Shown: positions 38,201-51,834 of the stretch, piece after piece
How the letters are laid out: each line of letters begins with the position of its first letter
Numbering within the stretch: the stretch's first letter is position 1
DNA from: Dicyema japonicum
Taxonomy: Eukaryota; Animalia; Dicyemida
Direction of reading: 5' to 3'
DNA length: 64,000 nucleotides
Assembly (NCBI GenBank): GCA_011109175.1
Contig: RDEW01000011.1
Location: 869,061-933,060, forward strand
Notes under the pieces: model-generated
Seen by the model: the letters and a program-made list of their open reading frames with translations, nothing else
The model's database searches: none
Told to the model about the DNA's origin: nothing
Translations under genes and position numbers: made by a program

Positions 38201-39549
38201 CGCAACATCCAAAAACTTCACTACTTCAGATGTGGACTATGTTTGCGGATAATTCACGTAGCTTGGTCCACCGTGGTCATAGAACATTTTTTGTTCAGCT
38301 CTAAGTAACTCACGTTTTGGAATAAGGAAGATTCGGATGCTCGCCCAAATTGCTGCTGATTTACCTTGAGGGGGAACAAGTAAACCTGCAGTTCTCGATG
38401 TTCCCATCAATAAGAATTAATAATGCCACAAATATGTTACTAAAGGCAAATTCATTTTGAGACTGGCAAAAGTTAATTCTATCTTATCCGTCGATAACAT
38501 CTTTAAGAAGTAGGTTGGACATAGTCGCATAAACATCAAACAAGCAATGTAGAGTTTGAAGTTACATTTCCAGTGTTACTTCATGACAAATTATTACTAA
38601 AAATGACCACGTGGTGTCGATAAAGGAAGTAATTTTCCCTGTAATGCCACAATGTTGTATAATCCAGTGATTGTGAATATATAGTAAATATCAATAATTA
38701 GAGTCATATACAGCTCAACTAAAAGCAGAGTTTGAAGTTAAAGTAGTAATGTGGAGATTTGGAGGACGAATACAGTAGTACGTCAAACCAGAATGACCAT
38801 ATATCGTTGCGATTCTTCAAATATCCATATGGACCCTGAATAGTGTCTCACTCAGTTTACCCTGGCAAATCATGATAATAGTGAATATGCATTTTTAAGT
38901 AACTTTATAAATTCATGTTAAAAATATGTTACTCTACAAAATATGGAGGTAGTAATGCTGTGGGTTACACAAACCCGCAAATTATCACTGGTAAAATCAC
39001 TCGTTTGGAAATAACATTTTGTTGGATTATTTTGTTATGATTGACAGTATTTTGGTTATGTGCATGTCTTTTTCAACAGATTGCAATCCTGAGACCCTTT
39101 TACTGAATGTTAAGGAAGATAAACAGATAGAGGTGAGAGGTATGTCTCCAGGGCACATGATGTCATCACATTCATGAGAGGTTTATTTCAGTTCATCTGA
39201 TTTCTCTTAGATCGTTGATCGCTGAGGTGCAATTCAACAACAAAGTGTTGTGGATTCGGCTGAACAATGATTGATGAACCCCCTCGAGGATCAGTGCTCA
39301 TATGAAACGGAAAAACTCAATAAATAATTCAAGCAAGAAAAAAGTGATAAATGAATTGTTAAATTGAAAAAAACCTAAATTTCAAAAATGAGGTGAAATG
39401 ACAAGTTGAAAGTCAAAAATCTTTTCAACAATGTCGGAAATGTATAACTGGGTGGAAGAGTCTCTAGTGGATATAACACGTGACTTTATCAAGAACATAA
39501 TTGAATGTTCACCGAATTAGAAATCTTCAGGGTGCGATGGTATCTTCAC

Positions 39550-40400
39550 ATAGTCCAGTCGACCATGAATTTTTTTGTATTGGAATGTTCAGGCTTCCAA
39601 ACTGGACAAGAAATTTCGTAAGTCTAACTACCAAATGAGTTAATCTTGAACTTAAACATGGAGAGGATTGGGAGGTAGAATTGAAGCGTGGAATACTGCA
39701 AGGAGACTCTATCCCCAACATTTTGTTTTAGTAATGGATCCATGAGCAAAACTCTGAACAAGTTTCCAAAATTATCTATTTGTCAAAATGACCCGTCAGT
39801 GGTAGCGTATTCAGCAAATCATTTATTACTTATCGATGATCTGAGGATACTTGCGGAGAAAGAAGATACGATGGCTAAGATGATGGAAGAGATTGATGAA
39901 TATTATGTCAGCTCATATATGGTCTCCACCCACTCAAAAGAGTACAATCCACCATCAGCTTTAGGTCGTATATTAGGCAACACGAGGAAAGATATTTACC
40001 GTCTTTAATCCAGATCGCTGGTAATCTCTCTCCTTTGTCTTAGAAGAAGAGTGTGACACCAACCTCCCTCTTATTTTTAATCTCCATATCCGAGTCAGTC
40101 GAAATATCTCTATTTGAGTTCAGTGGGATGTCCTCACGGATGTGTACTCTTCATCAGAGACCTTCCACCTGTTCTAGGCAATCCTGAGATGTAATCCCAC
40201 TTTGATTTGCATTATCTCATTCTTGATCTTGTTATATAAGAAAATATCCGGTACCTTCTTTTCAGTCAGAATCGACGTATCGACTCTTACCTCAACATTC
40301 TGTGTTGATAGAATAGACTGAACTGAATGTCCCTTCACTCTATAGCCTTCCGAGAACACAAAGAAGTCTGATCACAAAATTACCCCAGATTGTCATTCTT
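39550..40400. mobile_element. R4/Dong-like fragments in opposite orientations
   Basis: Plus strand: GILQGD..NHLLLIDDLRILAE. Minus strand: HSVQSILSTQNVEVRVDTSILT..PDIF. Confidence 0.75.
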
Positions 40401-40631
40401 GAAAATATTTTCTCTGACTTGGGTCCCCGCTCTCTGGGAGATTTATAGGGCACGCGACTGGACGTTTGAAATCAAGCGGCCTCCTACTTGTTAGTGAAGC
40501 TGAGGTAAATAGCATTTCATCTACCATCAATGGAGGGTCAGAATCTTGTATAGTAACAGTTCTAATGATAAGGAAACACGGAAATCAGAGGATCCCGGAA
40601 GTAGTCTCTCATTTTTTCAAGGTGTTTGTCC

Positions 40632-40706
40632 CGTGACCCGACGCACTTTCTGTATAAAAGTGCTACATGTCACGTGACCCGACACACTTTCTGAATAAAA
40701 GTGCTA
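40632..40706. repeat. Two tandem 34-bp units at 41-bp period
   Basis: CGTGACCCGAC(G/A)CACTTTCTG(T/A)ATAAAAGTGCTA twice. Each unit contains a CACTTT/AAAGTG inverted repeat. Confidence 0.85.
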
Positions 40707-41599
40707 TATTCACATATTTCATTCGAGCTCCAGTGTCCTCATATGTCTCGTGCGTTATGTGGTTCGTCGTTTCTGGTGGCGTCAGCTGTATGTCAGAAAA
40801 TGGAGTAGAAAAAAATCATTCCCAATCCAAGACGGGAATTGATCCTTCCAGGACCACTCAGAGAAGGACTCGTATGGATGGAAGAGAAATTCGAGATCTT
40901 TTTGCTTGTCGTGGACCACCGGGAACGACAATAAAATTGAGATATCTCTGAGAGCGTTTTCTAAAGGTCGTCAGAGCCCTACATGGAACGTATTTCAATG
41001 CAAACCGTAATAACGAATGCACTCAACCATGTAAGCCGCTTCCGAATTTATAACACTTTTTTATCATTTGGTATATTTCACAATTTTAGAATAAATGACT
41101 CATTCGATCGGCGTGACTAAAGCGATCTTATTGTAGTTCGGAAATCACTCGATCCCCTTTACCTAAACCATAATCATAAAATCTACCCGCCATTTGCTCT
41201 ATAAGTTTCAATTCGTTTAAAATGATCTTCATGACATCAGGACATAGTTAAGGCTTGAGGGGATCGGTCCCCAAGTTAGAAGAGGTCGAGATTTAGGGAT
41301 CAATTCGAGGAAGAGAATTCCCTTATTCAATGTGATAAATAGGTCATAATTCAAGGAATGCCATTCCACCACGTGACTTTATTAGTTCGTTGTAACAACA
41401 ATTACGGATACTATATTCAGTTTCATTTCACATGAATCCCCTAGTTTGACCTTCCAGGGGATGAAGAGACCATTCTTCGTTCAAATAGCACATTTATGTG
41501 TGAGTTCATTCCGTACTGAGGTGTCATTGATGTCAGTGTCATTCGACAAGCCGAGAGGCATCGAGGACGTGGAACCTTCAGTCGGAATAGACAGCAGCG

Positions 41600-42210
41600 A
41601 GATTCGAACAGGACTCATTAATTTTGTAACACTTTTTATCCACGAGTCAATAATAATCACGGATGCGAGAGGTAGTTCTTTCTAAAAGAAGAATTACCAT
41701 AATACTAAAAAACAAGAAGATCGGCCATAAAATTTGCTCTCCAGATGAGGTCCGATCTAAGTTTAATAGTACCGCATAAATAGATTCTTCTGTGTCATCT
41801 TCATAAAGTTTTCGAAGCGCCGTCTCCAAGATATGACAAACAGCAAAGGAGAGAGGAAGTCCCTTAGGGGTACCCACATTATATAAGAATTCTCTTGACA
41901 TAGTTTTGCCAATTCGAACTCTTAGCTTCGTGTTGAATAAGTGAGCAGTCAGACGAGTCCATGGTTTCCTTTTCTACACAATTTTTTAATTGAGGAACAA
42001 AATTCCTCAGTTTCATCAGGTCTCTTTCGAAGGCTTCTTCAATGTTATTGGAGAGCAATTACTAAATCATCGGCGTAAGAGAAGTAAGAGTTTCTTGTCT
42101 CTAAGGAATATTGGTTAAATGAAGGTTAAATAGTCAGGTGAGAAGGCAGAACATAGCGGAATTCCGTTCGGTAAATATCGGGAATAAGATGTCTTTGACA
42201 GCACTAGAGT
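41600..42210 (-). mobile_element. Two abutting LINE RT fragments
   Basis: NGIP..SALSP.LFNL..YADDL (42060-42200), and separately GTPKG.SLSPLLF-like/LETALRKL (41650-41900). Confidence 0.65.
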
Positions 42211-42329
42211 CCGACCCATTTTTAATTTAAAAAATAAATAAAAATAAATAAAAGTTTAATAAACCAAAAGTCAGAATTAAACTATTTAAAATTGATTTGC
42301 TGTATTAATTTATTCTTTTTAGTTTTGAC

Positions 42330-42960
42330 CCATTCCTTAGCTCTCTAACTGCAATCTCTTGGTCACCATCACCAATCTGATCTTCACTCCAGCATTGTTG
42401 TTATATGGGCACTATTCCGTCATCCTCAACATGTTCTAGAGACTTTCGTTGTAGGAAATGAATGACCTCACTAACATCACTTTCTTGAAGTTCATCCCAT
42501 GTCGGTGCTCCACTAACATGCTATCAATAGTTTTCTTTAACGCAATAGATTGAATATATGCCCTCGGAATTATGTCCACATCCAAACCATCCATATACCA
42601 CTTGTGATTCCAACCTGAGTGATTCCAACCTCTACTAAAGTAATCTCACTTGTCCTTTTATCAAAAAAATATGTCCGGCTTGTTATGCTGTATTTTGGCA
42701 TCCGTCATTAGCGTCGTATCGACTCTGATCTCAACATTCTCAGTTTTCACTATTGATTGGACTGAATGAGTCTTCAGTTTCTTTGAATATGTGATTCCAT
42801 ATATACGACACAGGTTTAAATGAAGACATCTCACCACCTCATTGTGACGTCCTATGTAATCACCATTTAACATCCTATTGCATATCGTTGCCAAATGATC
42901 GACTTTTTTTGGCAGATTTACAATGAGTGCAGTTCGATCCTTAATTGTAATTCCTAAAAA
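42330..42960 (-). mobile_element. R4/Dong-like C-terminal remnant
   Basis: HLATICNRMLNGDYIGRHNEVVRCLHLNLCRIYG..HSVQSIV..VEIRVDTT..HNKPDIF and AYIQSIAL. Confidence 0.9.
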
Positions 42961-43099
42961 TGGGTGAATTTATTTTCAGTAAAATTTCAAATATTTCAGT
43001 CCGAAATGTATGTCTCAATTTGATCGTCGTATACATTTGATGGCCTACGTTTTATTAGTGAGCGTAAAATAGTAATAAAATCTGAATTTATTTAATATT

Positions 43100-45748
43100 C
43101 TAAATATTACTGGCCTGGGTTTTCGGCATGAGGAATGTGATTAGTTTTTGCAGTACCTGGATCAAATTCTGTGATTATGTCCCTTATGTTACCTGATATA
43201 TCACAATGAACGTTAGTTGGGCGGCCAACAGTTTCCAATAGGCTCCGTCCTTTAGGTCAAAGTTAACAAACCCAAAATAGCTGTGTTTATGCATTCATAT
43301 ACCGGCACGTGGTTCCGTCAGACATTGTTCCGTTTTTCAGGAAATAATCGAGGTACTGAGATAGATCGCTCCCGTTTTCGTAAAAGTACAATAGGCGGGG
43401 GAGGAAATCCGAGGTGAAGGCAATAATGGCAGCCAATAAGTAAAAATGACTTGATACATTGACAAATACTCCGGCAAATACGATCCAGTCGATAATCCCC
43501 CACCAAACGTAGACCGGCTGCTCTACCACAGTCCTACGGTAATATTTGACAAATTTAGAGGCGTCCACTCTGATCTCGAAGATATTGTTGAGGAAAGCAA
43601 AGACCGGAGCCAACGGAAAAGCACATGAAAACAAGATCACAAGAGTGAACTGAATCACTAAAATGAGTAAGCACGTGACCCATCTCTGAGTATTCGTCAA
43701 CCAGCTGACTGCATTCACAGAGCATAAAGTCTGCAGTAATTTGGTTATGGCAATTCTCCTCAATCTTCGCATTCCACCAAATTCTCAACTTTCTAAAAAT
43801 CCGCGAAAAAACTAACGGAATCAGAATTTCCGTGATATTCGTTACGAGTTGGTTTCCGATCAGTAAGATGGCCAGTTGGATGGAGAGTTCGGCCATGCAA
43901 CCTTGAGGAGAGCACTAAGTATAACAAACCAGGGTCACGGGAGGAAGTCTGGCTTCAAAGAACTTGGCGTGATTGTCGGGGGAGCCGGCTATCCTGCGAT
44001 AAAGAACGAACCCCCACCTGTCCTTTATAAAAGCAATGTAGGCGAGGGGAATGAGACGTTGACAAATTGGAAGGCAAAGTACTTGGTGAGGTAACTCCTG
44101 TTGAAGGCGGCCTGGGTTTTGTTATATTCTTTGGGTCAAAGTTGGGGGTACCCCATTCTGTCATCTTCCTGGAGAATATCTTGTAGATGAACTGGAAGAA
44201 CCGAATCAGCACAAAGTTGAGGATTGATCCAGTCGTGGAGGCTATCAGATGGGAGTTGGGGAATGTCCTCAAGGTCTTCGCCACCACAACACGATAAACG
44301 TGCACTGAAATCACCGACAGGAAGATTACAAGGATCTAAATTACCACGTGGTCAATCCAACCATAAAAGCCAATAAAATCAAGGAAATGAGCTTTCTGAG
44401 TGACGCTTTGAAGGGAGAAATGTAGGGTTCGAACTTTCCGGTGCTGAAATTTATCCTCTTTTCTTTAACACGTGCGTAATATCTGGGAAGGATTTTGTTC
44501 TGATGACTTAACCTCGCTACCTTTGAAAAATCTTTTAGTTTCCCCCACGAAAGCAAATACTGGTTGTTTTGGATCTTCCAGAGTTCGACGAAAATGGTCC
44601 CTTAGCCATGAAAGAGGCTCCAACCGCAAATAGAAGTCAAAATGGCGTAAACCACGGTCCCCACGTTGTCGAAGACGAATCTGAGTTTACTCTCATAGCA
44701 GCTATCTCTCAGTTCCCAGCTTTGGCAATAGTCACATTCTCCACACATTGTAATGTTACTCCCGCAAATTTGGTTTCTGAATTTTTAATACGACTCACAT
44801 GGCCACGTGGTACTCATTACTGGTGATTCCGTAAATAAAAATGACGATGCTGAACATTGAGAGGACAAATAAGATCATCGTGTAGGTCTCTGAGATATAG
44901 ATGATTGGGTAACCTAGCCATGAGAAGTAAGTGGCACACTGTCCCCCAAATAGTATCTGATGTGCTCAATTGGCTGAAATCTGAAAATCTGCCTGAAATT
45001 GGCCCAATGTTTGGCTAAAATGTTCCTCATGCAGTTCATGTCACGGAAACTCTGGAAATATTCCAACGGTGACCTCATGCAGCGGATAAGCGGTCAAAAA
45101 TGCCTTATTTTCCAGCAAATGTGTTATCCCTGCGCACGTGTCATCATTTTCATCACAATTCGTCTCCGAAAGGATGGCCCAGAGAATTTGCTGTCTCATT
45201 ATTGGGCTAAAACAGAAATCTTGATCCACCAGTTTGTCGTTCTCCCTATTTTATATGATGGTGGTAACTTTTTGCTGTCCTTAAATGGTTTATTGTTCAC
45301 TTTGAAGGGGACAAATGGAGGGTTGGAATCAAATTTGGGTAAGAGTTTGACCCAAAGAGACCGATACCTGTACTCAAGGGGAGTGTCCTGGAATAATATG
45401 GATGAGAAGACTGGAATCGGTCTGCGCATGTTGAGTTTGTGGGCATATTTGAAGAGGACTTCAATTGGGGCATGTAATTTGACAAAAACAAAATTTTCAC
45501 CGATTAACTCTTCTGCCTGCGTTTGAGGCAAAAGGGGTACGTATTCTGTCTGGATACCACTTTTCTCCAAATTTAGCATAAAATGATCCCTCCAAGGCTG
45601 CATGGAGTCTTCCTTGTAAACAAGGACGAAATCAACATTGAAGTAGCAAATATACCTATCACACGGATTCCATCCTCAAACTGGCCAGTCATGTTGTTAA
45701 ATGTGAGATCACTACGCCGTTATCTTAAACACACCTTGGTAAGCTCAT
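43100..45748 (-). CDS. ANO: Anoctamin/TMEM16 family channel/scramblase
   Basis: DGIRVI|DFVLVY, FVKLHAP, AYPLHE, QPIEHIRY, NITMCGECDYC..FDNVGTV, FAFQFVN..YIAFIK, GCMAELSIQLAI, FSCAFPLAPVFAFLNNIFEIRVDASKF, N|AAIIAFTSDFLPRLLY, CRY..YWKLLAAQL. About 18 introns of 21-26 nt, two ending in TG. One extra base is needed near 44943-44950 and near 44046-44049. Confidence 0.95.
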
Positions 45749-46633
45749 TTTGCTTAAAATTGGCCTTATCTCTACCGAATGAAATAATATAACGGAATGG
45801 TGGTTAAAACCGCATAGTAATTACAATTGTAGCTAATCGTTGATTTCTATGTCAGAATCAAAGAAATAATTCAAATAGATTGCATAATTTTTATTGAGAT
45901 TTTCTGGTGGAGTGATTGGACCATCAAAATCAGGAGACGCCCAATGCTTGGTCGGCATTCAAAGGGATCAGTCTATTTATTTCACTGGGAGACAATTTCG
46001 CTCCCTGGCGACGAGTTCAGGCTATGACCATTGATTCCCTGATAATGTCTTTTGGATCACTGTGGTTGGATGAGGGGTCTACTGGAACTCGTAAGGATCA
46101 CTGGATTAGTTAGTTTGGGTTTACTCTTGGTTTTTGGAGTGATGATTTATTTGAACGAGTAGCCTTTTGGCTTCTTTAATAACCCCGGATACGTAAAGAA
46201 GGTTTTATCCAGGATTAACGGAAATTAATTCAGAGGAGCCCATCATGTTAGACAACATTCGATAACAGTACCACGGTGGACCGTTTTGGGGCCTGGTGAC
46301 GAATCTGAGAGTAAGGCTTCAGAGCAGTCTCACAGAGCATCCTTCACAGAATCTAATCTGAAGATTCTAAAGAGTGTCTTTTACAGTGAACTCCTGTCGG
46401 GCTAAAGGTCTTCTGGGGATTTTCTTGCTTTTCTTACAAAAGTCAGTTCCGCCTCTACCCAACGTCTAAGAACTTTGCCTAACCTGAAGCTACAGTTGTA
46501 TAACCTTACTGAAATGTCAAGAACTTTGAGGTACCTTCTTAAGAGGGCCATTGGTATTTTGTGAAGCCCAAGGGGATTGTTATAAGAATCTCTTCTTTAG
46601 CAATCGGCTTGAAAACAACGATCAAATTCAATA

Positions 46634-47179
46634 CACTCGACCCTCGCAAATTGCCATTTTTGGTTCCTAGGATTTTGTGGTCAATTTGTGAAATGGCCAA
46701 TTTGAAAAAAATAAAATCAATAATTTTGATTAACAATGAAAAAAGAATTAAAAAATGCCTTAAATGAAAAAAACGTAATTAAGTTTTACTAAAATAAAAT
46801 GTAATTCCTAAATGTTTTTCTATGCTTCAATAATACTTGCTTTGTACTTTCTTGTTAAAGAAATAAGAGAAGCTTATTTAAAACTCTGCAACAATTCCTG
46901 GTCGTCTCTTCGGATTAGTAGATTTAAAGCATCATTCAGAAAACCACCTAGAAAATTGATTTTTTGAAAAGTACCTTCAGACTCTTATGCCTCCATTCAA
47001 CCAACTTATCTTCAAGCTTTGGAAACTGGTTTTTTTCATTAAAAGCACGAGGGGGATAGCGTACACAATAAAAATTGGGAGACATGTTTTAATTAAATTT
47101 TTATTTTTCCAAATTTTATTAAAATTAAATTATAAATTGTGGCCAATTTAAAAATTCGCCAATTTGCGCGGGTCGAGTG
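46634..47179. mobile_element. pogo-type MITE
   Basis: TIR CACTCGACCCTCGCAAATTG / CAATTTGCGCGGGTCGAGTG with TA flanks. Confidence 0.88.
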
Positions 47180-48279
47180 TAGTTATCCGTCTTTCATCTT
47201 TCCGAAGAGATAAAATGATGGACAGATAAGATTTTTTATAAAATGCTCTCAGATGAAGAATCAAGATTGCAGCATCATTTACTGCAAAAATCTCCCAATT
47301 TTCTTCGGGTTCGGAAAAGCACACGCGAAAGAATCTTCTGCTCTTCTTAACAAACTATTTAGCTACTTCCAAAAGTCAGATCTGACAAGGTTTATCTTAT
47401 CGCAAGACTTCCACCACATCCAGGTCCCTAAGTTCTATCTTACTCTCTCAATAGAGAGCATTTATCCTCCGTTTGAGGAGAACCCGATTGTCCACAAATC
47501 TACATCTCGCCCATTCATAGCATTCTTTTCCTGCAAACAAAGAAAGTCTCCGCCATACAGACGTACTTGAAAGGTGTCCGAAAGTACTCTTCAAAAATGT
47601 CCCTGAGAGTGACATCCATCACTTTGCGCTAACATCCTGTGGCTCAAAATATTCCTTATTGTTCACCTCAGCTTGAAAAGTGGATGCATCTTCGCTCGAA
47701 CACTGCATTTACCGACACAATTTAATTGAAGAGGCTAAGAGTTATGTCTTTCTTAGCCCGTAGTTTGGGAAAAACGAGATTCGAACCCGGATCCAATGGC
47801 ATTAGACACTTCCTTTGTTTATAACATTTTGTTTCGGATATCACCCCAATTTGTCACGTCGTCCACTGTCACGAGAAGATGGAATACAAAGTTCTTTGTA
47901 AACCATAAAACTAGGTAGTAGATAATTCATATTCAAGCCTTTTTAGCTGAAACTCGGCGATTCTTGATCCAACTCACTCCAACGCAGAAATGATAATTTA
48001 TTTTCTATTTGACGCTAAAAATTTTTTTTCATGTACATCGTCTGATTGGTTTGCATAGAGATAGAATCATCATTAAATTAAGTAACAGAAATCCCTGGTA
48101 TTAGGTGATCCTGGCCACTCTCATTAACCACCTTTGATCAGTTTTCCTCACAAGACCCCACGCACTTCCTGTACGCTCACGCTACTGAAAGATGTTCAAA
48201 TAGAATAGGTCTCTAAGGGGATATGGTCTACATAAGAGTTCCAATAACAGAGAATTGTAAGGGATGCATGCTTATTTTT

Positions 48280-48580
48280 TATTATGCAATAGCTTACATG
48301 GCCCAATGTAATAAGTTCCTCGCAAAAATGTCTGATGGCTTCTGTTTCGAATCTGCTGAAGGTTCCACGCATCTACAATGCTTAGGCTTCACGAGAGACG
48401 CCGTCATCAGTAAATACTTCAATGGTGAACCGGACGTTATTCTATCGAGATGGCAACTATTTGGACATTTTCTTAGACTGGACCCGACTAGGCCGTGTAA
48501 CAGAATAATGAAAGAATATTTCTACTGCGCCGGATTCACGGATTTCGAGGCAGAAAAAGAAATACACTTCCAATTTGCTT
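48280..48580 (+). mobile_element. Degenerate tRNA head plus family-S core joined to RTE C-terminal coding sequence
   Basis: TGGCCCAATG and TTTCGAATC boxes, core GAAGGTTCCACGCATCTACAATGC..CGCCGTCATCAG, then RWQLFGHFLRLDP..MKEYF. Confidence 0.7.
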
Positions 48581-48599
48581 AAAAGATGATTACAGAACA

Positions 48600-49380
48600 A
48601 TCGGTCGTAAATCGGTGACAGCAGACGACCTGGATGATGTTCTAATGAGGGCCAGAAACAAGATGGCGAGGATAGCAAGGAGGATGGCTGTAAAGCGTGG
48701 CTCAAGCAAAACCTTTTTAGGACTACGATTAATTGATAAAGTCTGTCTCTGTCAATTCGTTTCCTCTTACCCAAACTTCGTCACTTCATAGTAAATAATT
48801 TGGTTTTCATGGGCTGAGTTTTCCTTTCCTCAGTTTCATCATTCACAATCTCAAGCAAACAGCACCCTAAAATAGCATGTCTTTCATCAATCTATCCAGT
48901 ATCTATATCAGTTTGCTCCATGCCGTCTGGTGAGATCAACCCATATTTATTTTACCATATACTCTCAAGGGTCTCCTTGATCACAATAGTCTGAATATCT
49001 GCCCGTAGAATGCCACTAACTAGTAGTGTCATCCCTTTAGTGTGTTTTGGTGACGTCTATAGAACTTGCTAACACCATGCATCGTTAGAATAGAATGCTT
49101 ACTCTAGCGTTGTGAATTACTCCCAATTCGCTAGTAAACAGGTCCTACAGCTTCTCCACTTCAACTTTAACATTTATTGTGAAGTGATTCCCACTTCAAT
49201 GAGGGTTATCTTACAATTTTTTATCATAAACAAAAATATGTTGCGTTTTATGCTCTACCCGAGTATCTGTTCAAAGCTTCTTATCAACCCCCATCTCCAC
49301 CATACGAATAGATACAAGTGTTTTCATATTTTTAGATATTTTGATTCCAAACTGACCTCTATAATCGCGAGCCCTATGTT
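48600..49380 (-). mobile_element. Mixed R4-like C-terminal and APE fragments
   Basis: TDTRVEHK..HIFVYDK..VEVEKL and GTLESMVK..W-type pieces. Confidence 0.55.
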
Positions 49381-50099
49381 CTGAAAAAGTCATCGCGTCA
49401 TTGAAAGTTCACCCTTCCGCTTCCTCGTAAGCATTCCGATTAACCTGATTAAATCAGACCTGCATGGGCCAATACAACGACGTCTCAACGGAGATCGGCT
49501 GGAAAACGAGCCGGTCCACGACGCCATGGTACTTCCTCCTATTCAAATCTTCATTATTTCAAATTGTATCATCTATTTCAGCAATTATCTTAAAAAACAT
49601 CAATAAAAATCAGATGATTAGTCGCGTATGTCACAACAAACGGATCATTTTGATTTATATATTTATTTAATTATATTAATTAAATATTATATTTTAATGT
49701 GGTTAACCATCATTAATAAAATTTATTATACACGCCATCACTGCTTCTTGTTGTCGTTGTTTGGTTGTGGTTGTGTGTGTATATTAACATTTCTTCATTA
49801 TTGAAAGTGCAAGATCTATCAAAAGTTTATCAAATAAATCTTTGATTCATCAAATCATTTTGTTACTTTAAATTATGAAGAAATTATGTGAACTTGTTGA
49901 TATATTTTATTCATTTGGATTCGTTGGATTGTAACTGGATTCAATTGTTGTAATTTACAACGGCCATTTATTTATTTCCGGTGTCTTCGAGTGAAGGAAT
50001 TTGATGGCTAACAAGAAAGTCAAGACCAAAGTGGACGCTCCCTGAGATTCGACAGGTACATTTTTTCTGTGCAGAACTCAGATTCGGACCTTTAATAAA

Positions 50100-51130
50100 C
50101 ATGAGTCTAATTCATATTCTCGTCTTCAAGAAGGCATAGTGGACAAAGTGGAGAGGACGATGTTCAATTTGTACATATACGAACGTAAATTCATGCTGTT
50201 ATCAATTCTTTCGAAAATCCTATTGATTTTTCAGAATTTGGAGGTCTGTGATTTTATTTGTTAATCCAAGATCCAATACTATTTTTAAAACCTATGACTA
50301 ACTAATCTCTGTATTTTGTGAACGATGATCTTGGTTCCCATTCAAAATGTCAAAAGTAGTCAAATTTTGTCCATGCAGAGAATTATTTATTATCTGTCTA
50401 GGACCCATATCACACAAGAGTGATTTCTGCTATATGTCCTCCTGTATTAAGGTTCTCTTGACAAATTCACTCCCTGGAAGATGATTATGTTGCTTCAGAC
50501 TCCAAACATCATTACACGATTGAATAGTTTTTACAGATCCAGGAGAAGTACGATCCGAGCATCTCCAATTTGCTTTGTCCCATCCTGTATTTCAAATGGG
50601 ACGGATTACCATCATGTTCTAAACTTATATTGATTTTTGGTTAACGAGAAACGGCATCCAATAGTTTTTAGCCCTTCGGGTTTTAATGCAATTAGTAATT
50701 TCCTGTTTATTTTTCATATCATCGAATAATGAATTACAGCTTCAAAAAAAAGATGATTTTAAAAAATCAGTGAAAGGTTTTTTGTGTTCTGCGAGGAAGC
50801 GAGTCACACGCTATGATACACTTGTTGCAGATTTGGACGAGTTAATCTGCAAGCTATATGTTGGGGAAATATTCTTTGATTTTTTCTTTATGTAAAATGG
50901 AATTTAAAGGAAACTCATTGTTGAAACCGAGATGTAATAGATTAAACTGATTCTGCTAGTATCATGTTTTGTTGGATGATTTTTACGTTTGAGACAATTC
51001 CTTTCTTTTATTAGTTTGATTGTGCTATCCGGAATCACCTTATTAAAGTGATAGATTGCTCTATCAATTGAGTTGAAATTATTCGGATGGAAATTCAATA
51101 GGAACGAATCCATTTATCTTCTGAATTCTG
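50100..51130 (-). mobile_element. Possible piggyBac-like transposase remnant
   Basis: ORF 50904-51113 (IYHFNKVIPDSTIKLIKERN..LIYYISV..M) resembles PGBD N-terminal helices. No TTAA/TIR identified. Confidence 0.3.
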
Positions 51131-51214
51131 TCCAGTGTATATCAAGATCTTTTTTATGTAATAAAATTAAAAGTGATAAATTATATTTTAACGAAACAAC
51201 GAGTCACAAGTAAT

Positions 51215-51470
51215 TAATTAATTAGCTAATCTCCTCTTCTTGGGGCCAACGTCAATTGTCAGTATAGGTGTGTTTTCGTTGTCGCACAACCCACATTCCG
51301 AGACTCCCCTAGGTCGACATTCCTTATCAGCTTCCTCCTCATCAGGTATCGATACTCCATGTCTATCTTCAGCTTGCATGCTCTCCAACGTCTTTCTCAA
51401 TACTAACGTTTGGATGTACGCTTTCACCCTTTCCTCCAGTTTGAGGGCATCCAGATTAATGCCTCATTAA
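51215..51470 (-). mobile_element. R4/Dong-like 3' end
   Basis: KAYIQTLVLRKTLESM. Confidence 0.7.
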
Positions 51471-51834
51471 AATTAGTTTTAATAGATATAATTAATTTTT
51501 TTAATATTTATGCCTCAATAAAAAAATTTAAAGTCACTAGGATTTGGAGAACTTTGGTAAAATATTCCACTTACCCATAAGACTCATTAAAATCAATTTT
51601 TGTAATACAGTGAACTCTCTTTAATTGGCCAACATGTGGCTTAAAGTTGTTCAAAAAGCCAATTTTCCTAAGAAATTGGCCACACATTATTAAAAAAATT
51701 TTTTTACTAATTTTATTATAAATCAAAATTTCAAACTAAAATTTTTACCTAAACCTGGATGGTCGAAAGACTCACTAGCTTCGTACAGACCAATTTCCCT
51801 CCTGTGTGCCACCTCCAAAATCCTGGATATACTT

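Noticed and set aside
11530-42020. Hammerhead ribozymes at CTGATGA motifs (e.g. 11530, 30570, 42010-)
   Set aside because: None is followed by a stem II and a GAAA core in the right geometry.
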